This document shows, in pieces, positions 48,121 to 58,471 of a stretch of DNA of 64,000 nt; within the stretch, counting starts at the first letter, position 1, and the number at the start of each line of letters is the position of its first letter. Source of the stretch: Thermoanaerobaculia bacterium (lineage in GTDB: Bacteria > Acidobacteriota > Thermoanaerobaculia > Multivoradales > Multivoraceae); contig OY761158.1 in NCBI GenBank assembly GCA_963664405.1, positions 5,888,001-5,952,000 on the forward strand, given 5' to 3'. The translations under genes were made by a program, and so were the position numbers. A model generated the notes under the pieces. That model saw nothing but the letters and a program-made list of their open reading frames with translations. It searched no databases and was not told the DNA's origin.

Positions 48121-48134
48121 AGCGCGCCGCGCCG

Positions 48135-49706
48135 TCATGGTTTGTGGAAGACGAGATCTCCTTCGCCTTCGCGGGCCTCGGTCGCCATCCGCCGCAGCTC
48201 ACGACGCAGCAGCTTGTTGCCGGCACTGAGGGGCAGCTGATCCACAAAGACGTAGCCACGCGGCCGTTTGAAGTTGGCGAGCGAGCTCTCCCTGCAGTGA
48301 TGATCGAGATCCGCTGCTGCAAGAGAATCGGTTGCGGGTACCACGCAGGCGACCGCGATCTGGCCCCAGTGAGAGTCCGGAATGCCTACCAGCGCCACAT
48401 CGTTCACGCTGTCGTGGGTGCGCAGGAGGGTCTCGACCTCTTCTGGCTGGACGTACTCACCACCCGACCGAAGCATGTCGTCGACGCGGCCGAGCAGACG
48501 GATGCTGCCGTCCTCCGATTGCACTGCGCCGTCTCCGGTCCGGTACCAGCCTTCGCGGATCTTGTCCGCCGTCTCCTCGGGGCGCGACAGGTAGCCGGAG
48601 AAAATCGGGTCCTGTGTGGCGTCTACCAATAGCTCACCTTCTTCGCCGGCGCTGACCTCTTTCGCGAAGTCATCGAGGTCGGCGATGCGAACTCGAGAGC
48701 CATAGGCCTGCCACAGCACTTCGGGCTGTCCAAGCGGCGAGTTGTTGCATAGAGCGCACATCGTTTCGGTGGTGCCGTAGATGTGCCCGAAAGTCGCCTT
48801 CGGCATATCCGCGGCGAGCCGCTCGAGGAGCGCGGGCGCGATTGGCGCCCCGCCCCAATAGACAGTTTCGACCGAGGCCAGCCGCTCGGCGTCGTAGCCG
48901 GGAGTGTGGACGAGTGCGTTGAAAACCGTGGGCAGGCTGAACAGGTAGTTGAGGCGATGGCTCTCGACCAGAGCCAGGGCCGCTTCCGGGTCGAATGCGC
49001 TCAGGGTGTAGAAGGTGCCGTTGAAGGCCAGGGTGGAGAGGAAGATGCCGTGGAAACCGATCGCGTGCGAGAGCGGCGAGACTCCTAGAGCCCGGATATG
49101 GGTGCCGGAGCGAAAGCCCATCATCGTCGACAGCCAGGCCACCCTTGGCTCATGGGCTCGATGCACGACCACGACTCCCTTCGGTAGCCCTGAGGTCCCC
49201 GAGGTGTAGAAGATGACCGACGCGGCTTCCGCCTCGGGATCGGGGTAGGGGGGCGCGCTTGCCGCGTCGCCGCGGCAGAGCGAGAGCGACTCGACTCCGG
49301 CTACACCGTCGCCGGCGGTCAGCAGAAGGCCGGTCGCCGGAAGGGCCTCTTGCACTCTTGTCGCGAGATCGGGGTCTGGAAGCACAAGCGCCCCGGAGAT
49401 CTCGCCCTGGCGCAAGAGGGCGCAGATCTCGTCCGCGGTGAGGCGAAAATTGAGCAGTGCCGGTACCGCGCCGAGGCGGTGCAAGGCGAGGATGGCAAGG
49501 CAGTGATCGAAGAGATTCGGCAGCGCGGTGGCGAATCGATCGCCGGGGCGGACGCCGCGTTCCGCCAAGCCGGCGGCGAGTGAGTCGATCTCGGTCAAGA
49601 GATCGCGATAGTTGAGGGCTCGATCGCTGCGGTCGTCGACGAGCGCTAAATGCTCAGGCGTTCGCTGCGCCGCCATCCATACCAGGTCATAGGCACTCTT
49701 GGTCAT
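48135..49706 (-). CDS. Aryl/acyl-CoA ligase resembling 4-chlorobenzoate:CoA ligase
   Basis: YTSGTSGLPKG, YGTTE, WYRTGD, GRVDDM, GNK. Segments AILALHRLGAVPALLN and RAHEPRVAWLSTMMGFRSG recall the Alcaligenes 4-CBA:CoA ligase as I remember it. Confidence 0.8.
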   Translation of the reverse strand: MTKSAYDLVWMAAQRTPEHLALVDDRSDRALNYRDLLTEIDSLAAGLAERGVRPGDRFATALPNLFDHCLAILALHRLGAVPALLNFRLTADEICALLRQGEISGALVLPDPDLATRVQEALPATGLLLTAGDGVAGVESLSLCRGDAASAPPYPDPEAEAASVIFYTSGTSGLPKGVVVVHRAHEPRVAWLSTMMGFRSGTHIRALGVSPLSHAIGFHGIFLSTLAFNGTFYTLSAFDPEAALALVESHRLNYLFSLPTVFNALVHTPGYDAERLASVETVYWGGAPIAPALLERLAADMPKATFGHIYGTTETMCALCNNSPLGQPEVLWQAYGSRVRIADLDDFAKEVSAGEEGELLVDATQDPIFSGYLSRPEETADKIREGWYRTGDGAVQSEDGSIRLLGRVDDMLRSGGEYVQPEEVETLLRTHDSVNDVALVGIPDSHWGQIAVACVVPATDSLAAADLDHHCRESSLANFKRPRGYVFVDQLPLSAGNKLLRRELRRMATEAREGEGDLVFHKP

Positions 49707-49790
49707 AGATCAACTGTAGTCGGCCTGGAGAGTCTCGACAAGACTGGTATCGGCGACAGGCTGCTATAGACTAGCGAGGAGGTCACATTG

Positions 49791-51632
49791 ATGATGCGAG
49801 GGCTCAAGCACGGCGCGGTGTTGGTGGCGTTGATGATGTCGCTCTTGGCAACGATCCCCATCCGGGCTCAGCAAGACGAAGATCTTCCGGTCTTTTACGA
49901 GGTCGAGGAGGTTCGCATCATCAATGTGGATGTGGTCGTGAGGGACCGCAAGGGCGAGCTGGTGCGGGGCCTGGGCCGTGACGATTTCCAGATCTTCGAG
50001 AACGGTGAGCCGGTCGACGTCTCCAACTTCTTTGCTGTCGAGGGAGGGAACGTCCTGATGCCTTCTCTCTCGGGCGAAGACGGGGCGGAGGCAGTCGAGC
50101 TGGTCTCCGCCGCCGAGTTCGCGCCGGTCAGCGTCATCTTCTACATCGACGACATCAATATCGGCCCGACCAATCGCAAGCGGGCGCTGAAGGAGCTGCG
50201 CACCTTTCTCGAGAATGAGTGGCGTTCCGGCATGCAGGGAATGATGGTGTCGACCGACAAGACCCTCGAGATGCAGCAGGCATTCACCTCGTCCGGCGCG
50301 GAGCTTCTTCGTGCCCTGGACGATCTCGAGGCGAAGAAGGTCAGTGGGTCTCGCTTCGAGCGCGAGCGCCTCCGACTGCTGCGGGAAATAGGAAGGTTGG
50401 ACGAGGAGGCTCACGACGGTCTGGCTCTCGCCTCCCTGGCGGGTACGGGGGCGGAATCGGCGGACGATGAGGCCGGAGGGGCCGGAGCCGTATTCGGGGC
50501 CGGTTCGGCGGACATCACCGTTGGGCTGGAGATGCTGGCAAGGTCTCTGCTGCGAGAGATCGAGACTTACTCGAGGTATCGCTACCAGCTCGCCTTGGGG
50601 ACCGTGGAGATGCTGCGGCTGTTTACCGATTCGGTGGCGGGGATTCCGGGTCGAAAGATCATCCTCTACGCCAGCGACGGCCTGCCTATGGCCGCGGGGG
50701 AGGTTGTCTACGAAGCCTACGGTCGCTTTGCCGAGGTGCTCCCCAATGGGCCATCGAACCTGGCGATGGCCGTTGAAGGGGGCCGCTTTGACGCTTCGGC
50801 CGAGATCGCCGAGTTGGCGGAGCACGCCGCTTCCGGCCGGGTGACCTTCTACCCGCTGGACTCTTCCCGTCGTGAGACATTGCAGCAGGGCTCGGCGGAG
50901 GTGAAGGGACGCGCGAGCGGCACTTTCGGCAAGTGGGACGAGGGTATTACCGCTGGCCAAACACGAAACGACCAGGATTCACTTCGGCTGATGGCAAGCG
51001 TGACCGGGGGTCGTGCGGCGCTCAATCCTTCGACTCTGGATGACGAGTTGAGCAAGATGATGTCGGACCTCGAGAACTACTACGCATTAGGCTACTCGGC
51101 CGAGGAGGAAGCGGGCGAGGGGGGGCGTGAGATCGAGGTCAAGATGAGAGACCGGAAGCTTCGCGTCACTCATCGCAAACGCGTCCACGACAAGAGTGCT
51201 GACGAGCGGATGGCGGAGAGGCTGCTTGCAGGGCTCTTTCTTGGCGAGGCCACGGATAATCCTCTGGGTGTGGCTCTCGAGGTGGAAGAGCAGGTAAGGC
51301 AGGACGACGGCACCTTCCTGGTTCCGGTGGTTGCCAAGATTCCCGTCGACAATCTGGTGCTCCTGCCGCAGGCTTCCATGCACGAAGCCAGGCTGAGCAT
51401 TCATATTGCGGTGCGGGACGAGCAGGGAAGCACTTCGCGGGTGGTCAAGCACCTCTGTCCGGTGAGCATTCCAAATTCGGAGCTGCTGGTCGCCCTCGGG
51501 CGCCAAGCCCACTGTGGTATTCGCCTGATCATGAATAAGGGGCAGCAGACGGTCGCGGTGGGAATTCGCGACGATCTCGCTCTACTCAACTCGAACGCGC
51601 AGCTGACAGTGGAGGTCGGCGGCGCCGGCTGA
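49791..51632 (+). CDS. Secreted acidobacterial VWFA-related domain protein
   Basis: Signal peptide, INVDVVVRD..G..V.GL...DF..FENG, GRKIILYASDG, TGG, YYALGY. Confidence 0.85.
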   Translation: MMRGLKHGAVLVALMMSLLATIPIRAQQDEDLPVFYEVEEVRIINVDVVVRDRKGELVRGLGRDDFQIFENGEPVDVSNFFAVEGGNVLMPSLSGEDGAEAVELVSAAEFAPVSVIFYIDDINIGPTNRKRALKELRTFLENEWRSGMQGMMVSTDKTLEMQQAFTSSGAELLRALDDLEAKKVSGSRFERERLRLLREIGRLDEEAHDGLALASLAGTGAESADDEAGGAGAVFGAGSADITVGLEMLARSLLREIETYSRYRYQLALGTVEMLRLFTDSVAGIPGRKIILYASDGLPMAAGEVVYEAYGRFAEVLPNGPSNLAMAVEGGRFDASAEIAELAEHAASGRVTFYPLDSSRRETLQQGSAEVKGRASGTFGKWDEGITAGQTRNDQDSLRLMASVTGGRAALNPSTLDDELSKMMSDLENYYALGYSAEEEAGEGGREIEVKMRDRKLRVTHRKRVHDKSADERMAERLLAGLFLGEATDNPLGVALEVEEQVRQDDGTFLVPVVAKIPVDNLVLLPQASMHEARLSIHIAVRDEQGSTSRVVKHLCPVSIPNSELLVALGRQAHCGIRLIMNKGQQTVAVGIRDDLALLNSNAQLTVEVGGAG

Positions 51633-51653
51633 GTCGGTGCCCTCTGAATCTTC

Positions 51654-53759
51654 GTGGCGAGTGCGATCGTAGCGGGAGGGTTGCGGTCGGGGCTGATCGT
51701 CGGGCTCGGCCTGGGTCTGGGCTTGGTCGTGGCAGAGCCCACCCTATTCGGGGTGGAGGAAGGCTCTCTCGCGGCGCCGGAGGGCGTGGTCCTGAATGCC
51801 TTCGACATCGGTGGCCTCGAGCCTCGCTCGGCGGCGCTTCTGCTCAGCGGCCAGGAGGGCGGGGAGATACCGATCCGAGTCCTCGCCTTTCCGCTCGGCG
51901 AAGCGGAGGGTGTGGTCGATACGGCTCTGGTAGTCGATGTCGCGGGTGGTGCGCTCCTCGGCGACCCCGAGGAGAAGCTGCTCAGGGTTGAGGTCTACGC
52001 CTATGCTCTCGGCGCCGCAGGGGGTGTACAGGACTTCTTCTGCCAGGCTTTCACTTTGGAGACCGAAGAAGTGGGGGAGCTCCTCGGTGCGGGCGGTGTC
52101 AAGTTCCTCGCCCACCTCTCTCTTCCCGTCGGTGACTATTCGCTGCGGGTTCTGGTCCACTTGCGAGAGCTCGACCGCTTCGGCCTGGCGAAGGTTCCGC
52201 TGAGCTTGACCGCACCCGCGTCCGAGACCCCGCCGGTGCTTGCGCCTCCGCTCCTACTCGAACGGGCCGAGCGCTGGGTCGTTGTTCAACAGGGTGACAA
52301 GGAGGGAAGAGCTTCGTCTTCTCTCCCCTGGCTCACAGAAGGGCGGGGGGTTGTTCCGGCAGCTCGTGGCGTGGTCGCAGGGGGAACGAATAGGTTTCTT
52401 GTCGGAGTGATCGCCGAGACACTGCCGACGGATTTGGCACTGGAAGCGAGCCGAGTGGGGGAGGAAGAAGCGTTACGGCTCGACTTCCACAGCGGCGAGG
52501 GCTCTCCTTCGGAGGAAGCCGGACTGATGCTTGTCGAGGCCGAGGTCTCATTCTCGGACCTGGCGGCCGGGGAGTACTCGCTAAGGTTGTTGGCCGGCGA
52601 CAGGGCTTCGGCACCGGCATCACTGGTAGTGCTGCCCGAGGCACCGGATGGCGAGCTGCCCCTTTGGACCCAGCTCGGGGCCGTTCTCTTCTCCGAGATG
52701 GAACCGATGGACATCGACATTCCCGCTGCTTCCTCCGCCAAGGGGTGGCGGAGCTCGCAGTTGTCCCAGGCTTACCTTGCCGCGGTCGAGCTCTTGGCCG
52801 AAGGGCAGGACGAGGCGGCCCAAAAGGCAATCATGGAGCTCGAGGTCGAGGGTCTAGGGAGCGGGTCGCAGAAGAACTTTCGACGGGTCTTCGACTCGGA
52901 GCTCGATGTGATCCGTCGCTTGAGCGCGTCCAATCCCCATAGTTTGGTTCCCTTGACTCTCCTTCACGACGAGCTCTATCAGCAATACCGAAGCGGTGGG
53001 CATCTGCAGTTGTCCAGCCACTCCCGTCAGTTTGCCCTGGCTCTGGGCGAGCGGCACGCTGAGCTCGTGCCTCGCGGCAGAGGGTCTGGATTCTTCGACG
53101 ATTATCTTCTGGACCGCGCCGGAAAAGTGCTGGAGAGCGGTAATTATCTCGAGGCCTACCGTCTACTCGATCGAGCGAAAGAGACGAACCCCGACCGTCA
53201 GGAGATCATTCTGGCTCTCGCCGCCATTCAAGAGGCGCTGAGCCACTATCAGGACGCCGTAGACCTGTTGCGTGTGGCCAACCGCCTCGATCGAAAGCCC
53301 GGCGAAGTACGTCTCCGACTGGCGATCAATATGGTGCGAGTCGGCGAGAGAGGCAACATCGTCAGCTTGTTCGAGAGCTGCCTCGAGCCGGAGGCACCGG
53401 AATGGGTCCGAACCGTTGCATTCCAGGAGCTGGCCCGTTTTTATCGCAGCCAAGGTCGGATCGATAAGGCGCTGGCTGTGCTCGAGCGGGCGACGGCGGA
53501 GCCCGACGCCTCCGAGCGTCTTTTTCTGCAGCTTTCGGCACTTCTCGATAGTGCGGGCCGACCGGAGGATGCTCGTAAGGCCTTAACGGGGCAGAGCTCT
53601 TCACCGGGCGGAGATCTGGATTCTGCGCGATTGCGCTACAGCGAATGGCCGCTGTGGGTTTTCGAGTCTGCGGCGACCGCGATGGCCCGACGCAGTAGCG
53701 AAGCGATGGCGGGCTTGCAGGAGGCCCTCGGCTCGCTGTCGGAGTCCGGAGGACGATGA
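51654..53759 (+). CDS. Secreted Ig-like + TPR protein
   Basis: Hydrophobic N-terminus, two beta-sandwich-like segments (GDYSLRVLV, GEYSLRL), C-terminal TPR helices. Confidence 0.75.
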   Translation: MASAIVAGGLRSGLIVGLGLGLGLVVAEPTLFGVEEGSLAAPEGVVLNAFDIGGLEPRSAALLLSGQEGGEIPIRVLAFPLGEAEGVVDTALVVDVAGGALLGDPEEKLLRVEVYAYALGAAGGVQDFFCQAFTLETEEVGELLGAGGVKFLAHLSLPVGDYSLRVLVHLRELDRFGLAKVPLSLTAPASETPPVLAPPLLLERAERWVVVQQGDKEGRASSSLPWLTEGRGVVPAARGVVAGGTNRFLVGVIAETLPTDLALEASRVGEEEALRLDFHSGEGSPSEEAGLMLVEAEVSFSDLAAGEYSLRLLAGDRASAPASLVVLPEAPDGELPLWTQLGAVLFSEMEPMDIDIPAASSAKGWRSSQLSQAYLAAVELLAEGQDEAAQKAIMELEVEGLGSGSQKNFRRVFDSELDVIRRLSASNPHSLVPLTLLHDELYQQYRSGGHLQLSSHSRQFALALGERHAELVPRGRGSGFFDDYLLDRAGKVLESGNYLEAYRLLDRAKETNPDRQEIILALAAIQEALSHYQDAVDLLRVANRLDRKPGEVRLRLAINMVRVGERGNIVSLFESCLEPEAPEWVRTVAFQELARFYRSQGRIDKALAVLERATAEPDASERLFLQLSALLDSAGRPEDARKALTGQSSSPGGDLDSARLRYSEWPLWVFESAATAMARRSSEAMAGLQEALGSLSESGGR

Positions 53760-54955
53760 GGTTCCCTGAGAGCTTGACTTTGGCGCTGACTCTGGGCGTC
53801 GCGGTGGGACTGCCTGTGGAGGCTCAAGAGCCTCTCGTCTACATCGAGAGCCCGAGTTCGTTGGTGCCGGCGCTAGGGCAGGTCGAGGTCGAGGTGACGG
53901 TCAGCTCCCCGAGTCCGATCCAGAGAGTCGTGTTCTATATCGACAACATGGCCCTCGGTGAGGTGCTCGAGGCCCCTTTCAAGATGACCGTCGACGCCGG
54001 TCATGAGAACGTCGAGCACACCTTCAGAGCCGTGGCCTACGACACCTTCGGCCGCACCGGCACGGCGTCGGTCTCGACTCCGGTCTTCCGGGTCGACGAG
54101 GAAGTTTCCTATGCCCTGCAGCAGCTCTATGTCAGCGTCGGCGAGGAAGGCTCGCGGGTGCTCGATCTGGAAGTCGAGGATTTCACGATCCTCGATGAGG
54201 GACGACCGCAAGAGCTCGTGACCTTCGCCTTCGGAGACATCCCGTTCACGGCCGTAGTGCTGGTGGACTCGAGCACCAGCATGAAGGGCGCCAAGCTCGA
54301 TTCGGCGCTCGCCGGAGCCCGCGCCTTCTTCGAGCTCATGAGGCCTCTCGACGAGACTAGGTTGATCGTCTTTTCCGACCGTATCCGTCACGCCACTCCG
54401 TTCACCGGCTTCTCCGACATTCTGAGCTTCGGACTCGGGCAGATCGAAGCGGGCGGCGGAACCGCTGTTTTCGATCATCTCTATCTAGCCCTCAAGGAGC
54501 TCGAGGTACGGCAGGGAAGACGGGTGGTGGTGGTGCTCTCGGATGGGATCGATGCCCATAGCGTGCTGTCTCCGCGCGACGACATGATGGCGAAGGCGCG
54601 GCACAGTCAGGCCATCATCTACTGGCTACGTTTGCCTTTGGGAAGAGCGAGCAGCGATGGCTCCTTCTCGGCGCGCACGAGTGCTTGGCGCAGCGCTGAC
54701 GAATATCGAGAGAGCTATCAGCTGCTCGAGCAGACGGTCAAAGAGAGCGGCGGGAGGGTCGAGCCGATTCCCTCTCTCAGTGCCATCGAGCCGGCCTTTC
54801 GCAGCATCGTTGCCGAGCTGCGCGAGCAATACGCACTGGGTTACTACCCCGCCGAGGCGAAGTATGACGGCAGCTGGCGTCGGGTAAAGGTGCAGCTCTC
54901 GCGGCCGAGGGTGAAGTTGAGAACGAGAGACGGCTATCTCGATCTTCGCCGGTAG
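53756..54955 (+). CDS. Secreted Ig-like + VWA domain protein
   Basis: Signal peptide, intact MIDAS DSSTS, GGTAVFD, LSDGID, QYALGYYP, R.GY; 4-bp overlap with the upstream gene. Confidence 0.88.
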   Translation: MRFPESLTLALTLGVAVGLPVEAQEPLVYIESPSSLVPALGQVEVEVTVSSPSPIQRVVFYIDNMALGEVLEAPFKMTVDAGHENVEHTFRAVAYDTFGRTGTASVSTPVFRVDEEVSYALQQLYVSVGEEGSRVLDLEVEDFTILDEGRPQELVTFAFGDIPFTAVVLVDSSTSMKGAKLDSALAGARAFFELMRPLDETRLIVFSDRIRHATPFTGFSDILSFGLGQIEAGGGTAVFDHLYLALKELEVRQGRRVVVVLSDGIDAHSVLSPRDDMMAKARHSQAIIYWLRLPLGRASSDGSFSARTSAWRSADEYRESYQLLEQTVKESGGRVEPIPSLSAIEPAFRSIVAELREQYALGYYPAEAKYDGSWRRVKVQLSRPRVKLRTRDGYLDLRR

Positions 54956-54961
54956 GCCTCT

Positions 54962-56479
54962 TTACGAGGACGCACGCGCCCCCGCGACCGCCTGCTCGAG
55001 GCCCCGTACCGACAACGTTCTGCCGGGGTTGCGCTCGTTCGCCCGTCGAAATGCTTTCGTCGCTTCTTCGCTGTGCCCGAGGCGGAGCAACTCCTCGCCG
55101 AGCAGCTCGAAAGTCGGCTTGAGCACTCGGGGTGGCCCGAAGGCGAAGGGTAGGGCGTCCTCGTCGCTTGCCGCTTGGCGGAGCATCTCCAGGCCCGCTT
55201 CTGTGCGCCCCTCCGCGATCGCCACCAGCCCGCGTAGCTCGGCAATATGAAGCTCGCCGTTGGGGGAGTCGGCCTCCAAGCCTCCGGCCAGCAGTAGGCG
55301 AGCGGGCTCTGCGTCTGACTGGCGCAGTGCAGCGAAGGCGTTGGCGAAGTCGTAGCTCAGAAGGGCGTCGTCGTCAGTCGGCGGGTCGAGGGTCCATCTC
55401 GAGGCGAGGTCCCAGTCTTCGGTGTCGAGCAGATGGCGCGCCCTCATCGACAGGAAGTACGACCGTTCTTCGTCGTCAGGCTCCTCGGCCATGCGGTTGT
55501 GGCAGGCGTCCATCAGAGCTTCGGCCTCGGCAGACTGCGCCAGCATCAGGTGCCCGTAGTGAAGCCAGGAGGAGTAATGCCCGCACAGGTTGGGGCGTCG
55601 GTCGCGAGCGGCAAGCTGGGTGTCCTGAGTGCCACTGGCTCGGATGTTGCCGCTTACAACGTCTTCCCACATTCCCATCGCGACGAAAATGTGGGTGGTC
55701 ATGTGCTGGGCGTGGGCGGCGTTGGGGGCGATATCGGCATAGGCGCGAGCCGCTGGGAGCCCCAAAGGCGCATGCACCGGGTCGTCGAAGGAGTGGATGA
55801 TGTAGTGCGCGGCCCCTGGGTGTTCGGGGTTCCGATCGAATACAGGCTGGGCCATGGCGGCGGCCTTCATATAGGTTGCGAAGTCGCGGCTGCCGTTGCG
55901 ACTGCCCAGAATCGCCAACGAGAAGAAGGAACGCGCCTCGTCATCCTCGGGGTAGGACGTGTGCAAGTGCTGCATGGCGTCCATATACGCCAGATCTTGC
56001 TGCTCTTTGCTGCCTTCGGCGTAGAGCGCCTCGACGGCATCGAGATACAGGCTTTCTCGCTCGCTGCCGGCCTTCTCGCGCCGCGCCTCGGTCGTGGGCG
56101 CAAGGCGCTCGAGTGCCGACCGCGCGGCCTCGATGTCTTTCTCGCGCCACAGCGGGTGGTTGTAACTCATCGCCTCTCCCCAATAGGCGAGGGCGAAGTC
56201 AGGGTCGGCACGCTGCGCCTCTACGAATGCCTCCGCTGAGGGCTCGAACTCGAAGCTGTGGAGGAGAAGCACCCCGCGCAGAAACGGTTCCCTGGCCGTG
56301 TCGTTGACCGAGCTGGAAAACGACAGACTGCCGAGCCCCTCGATGCGGCTGAGCTCGGAAGCGTTGGGTGTCGCGCTGTCAACCGTCCGACTGGCCGGCC
56401 GTTCGCATCCAGCGAGGCAGAGGCAGGCAAGCACCGTAGTGACTCCGAGGCACTTGAATAGATTGAAAACATGGATCAT
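54962..56479 (-). CDS. TPR-containing lipoprotein
   Basis: Lipobox LAGC, GVLLLHSFEF, DPDFALAYWG.AM, HPGAAHYIIHSFD, HAQHMTTHIF. Confidence 0.85.
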   Translation of the reverse strand: MIHVFNLFKCLGVTTVLACLCLAGCERPASRTVDSATPNASELSRIEGLGSLSFSSSVNDTAREPFLRGVLLLHSFEFEPSAEAFVEAQRADPDFALAYWGEAMSYNHPLWREKDIEAARSALERLAPTTEARREKAGSERESLYLDAVEALYAEGSKEQQDLAYMDAMQHLHTSYPEDDEARSFFSLAILGSRNGSRDFATYMKAAAMAQPVFDRNPEHPGAAHYIIHSFDDPVHAPLGLPAARAYADIAPNAAHAQHMTTHIFVAMGMWEDVVSGNIRASGTQDTQLAARDRRPNLCGHYSSWLHYGHLMLAQSAEAEALMDACHNRMAEEPDDEERSYFLSMRARHLLDTEDWDLASRWTLDPPTDDDALLSYDFANAFAALRQSDAEPARLLLAGGLEADSPNGELHIAELRGLVAIAEGRTEAGLEMLRQAASDEDALPFAFGPPRVLKPTFELLGEELLRLGHSEEATKAFRRANERNPGRTLSVRGLEQAVAGARASS

Positions 56480-56501
56480 CGGTATCTCCCGGAAGATTGT
56501 C

Positions 56502-57128
56502 TTAGCCACCCCAACCGAGGCTCCGGGTCCTGGCCAGAATCACCTCGGCGGTGCCGTCGAATCCCAGTCGGCCGGTGTTGAGCACCATGTCGTAGTTCAC
56601 CGGGTCGTTCCAGTTTCTGCCGAAGTACTCGCGGTGGTAGCGAGCGCGATTGCGATCACGCTCGTCCAGGATCGCTCGCGCCTCCGAATTGCTCACATTC
56701 AGCTTCTCTTCCGCGACTTTGGCGCGAAAAGAGGGCGGAGCGACCAAACGTACGTGAAGAGTGTCCTCACTGCGGGCGAGCACAGCGGCGGAGGCGCGTC
56801 CGACGAAGACGCAACGGCCTTGAGCGGCCGACTCTTCGACGATGGTCCGAGTTATGCGTGCCAGGTGGGCCTCTCCGAAAACCTCGACCGCGTCTGCCGT
56901 CGGGAGGAAGAGCTCGGGCAGCTCGACTGCCGTGAGCCGAGCGAGTCGCTCGATGAAGCTCGGCGGTCGCTCCTCTCGCTCGGCGACTTCCTCGGGAGTC
57001 ACTCCCGCACGCTCGGCGACTCGTTCGACCAGCTCGTTATCAACGAGATGCCAATCGAGCGCCTGGGCGACACTTCGGGCGACCGGCGAGCCACCCGCCG
57101 CGAATAGCCGAGAGATCGTGATCAGCAT
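56502..57128 (-). CDS. Cytidylate kinase-like family protein (Cytidylate_kin2)
   Basis: ITISRLFAAGG, VFVGR, D..RARYH, YDMVLNT. Confidence 0.85.
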   Translation of the reverse strand: MLITISRLFAAGGSPVARSVAQALDWHLVDNELVERVAERAGVTPEEVAEREERPPSFIERLARLTAVELPELFLPTADAVEVFGEAHLARITRTIVEESAAQGRCVFVGRASAAVLARSEDTLHVRLVAPPSFRAKVAEEKLNVSNSEARAILDERDRNRARYHREYFGRNWNDPVNYDMVLNTGRLGFDGTAEVILARTRSLGWGG

Positions 57129-57154
57129 GAGCGTCTTCTCCTCGAGGCCATCGT

Positions 57155-58471
57155 CTACTCTCTCATAGCCTCGCCGAGACGCTCGTTCATCTGCCGCAGA
57201 CTGGGACTGAAGGTGTAAAAAGCGACCGCCGCCAATACTGCGAGCACGGCGGCTCCAGCCACGGCACTAGGGGCGCCAACGATTTGGGCGACGGCACTTA
57301 CCGGTAGGGTGCCGAGTAACGGGAGAGAGAAAGACATCATGAGGAAGCTCGATACTCGACCTCGCAGCTCGTCGGGAATCAGCACCTGTATGGCGGTGTT
57401 ATTTAGCGCGCTATAGAGAATAGCGAAGACGTTAGCGATCAGTATCAGTGGCAGAGCTAGCCAGTACCACGGGCTGATGGCGAAGAGGACGAGGAAGAGA
57501 CTGAGGGCACAGACGGCGAACATCATCATTCCGAGGCGGCGGGTCGACTCGGATCGCCAGGCCACCAGTACGGCTCCAATAAGGCCACCCACTCCCGCTG
57601 CCGCGCTCATGATGCCGAGGCCCTCCGGCCCGACCTTCCAGATCTTTTCGGTGAAAACGACGAGAAGATTTTGAAAGGGCATGACCAGGAACATGGGAAC
57701 CAGGCCAAAGAACAGGAGAACGAGAACGAGACGATCTTCGAGTATGTAACGCAGGCCCTCGCGCATATTCTTGATCAGGCTCTCGTCGGCGGCATTGCCA
57801 GGAGGCGGAGCCGAGTGGACCCCGGACATCCCAACGAGCGCGAGGACGTAGAGAGAGACATTGATGCTGTAGGCCACTTTCAGCCCAACGGCGCCGATCA
57901 GGAAGCCGGCTACCGCGGGTCCGAGCACGCGAGTCGTATTGACTGCGGCCATATTGAGCGCCATTGCGTTGCTTAGACGTCCTCTGCCGACGACATTGGC
58001 GATGATCGCCTGTCTGGCCGGCATCATGATCGGAAAGGCGGAGCCCATGACGGTCGCCATCACCAGCAGGTGCCAGAAACGCAGCGTGTCGGTGAGGAGA
58101 AGGACGAGGATGATCGTCTCGCCAACGACGACCATGGCTTGGCCGGTGGCGACCAGAGTGCGTCGATCGATCCGGTCGGCGATCGCTCCCCCCAAGGGCG
58201 CGACGAGAAGCATGGGAATGGCGACCGCTGCGCTGACCAGGCCTAGTTTCAGCTCACTGCCGGTGAGCTGGAAGACGAGCCAGGCTCGGAGCACGGTCTG
58301 GCCGCCGAGGCCGAGAAAGAAGGTCGTGTTGCTGGCGAACACCCGTCGATACTGCGAGACCTCCAGCGAGCTGAAGACACGAGGAGTCGGTCGCCGGGGG
58401 GTCGTCGGAGCTGGTGTCGGTGGGGAATCGTTGGGTGAGGTGCTCAGATTAGACCTGCTCTGAGAGCACAA
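57155..58471 (-). CDS. MFS transporter (MFS_3/EntS-like)
   Basis: GGAIADRIDRR motif A, about 12 TM helices, LRGRVSS. Confidence 0.9.
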   Translation of the reverse strand: MCSQSRSNLSTSPNDSPPTPAPTTPRRPTPRVFSSLEVSQYRRVFASNTTFFLGLGGQTVLRAWLVFQLTGSELKLGLVSAAVAIPMLLVAPLGGAIADRIDRRTLVATGQAMVVVGETIILVLLLTDTLRFWHLLVMATVMGSAFPIMMPARQAIIANVVGRGRLSNAMALNMAAVNTTRVLGPAVAGFLIGAVGLKVAYSINVSLYVLALVGMSGVHSAPPPGNAADESLIKNMREGLRYILEDRLVLVLLFFGLVPMFLVMPFQNLLVVFTEKIWKVGPEGLGIMSAAAGVGGLIGAVLVAWRSESTRRLGMMMFAVCALSLFLVLFAISPWYWLALPLILIANVFAILYSALNNTAIQVLIPDELRGRVSSFLMMSFSLPLLGTLPVSAVAQIVGAPSAVAGAAVLAVLAAVAFYTFSPSLRQMNERLGEAMRE

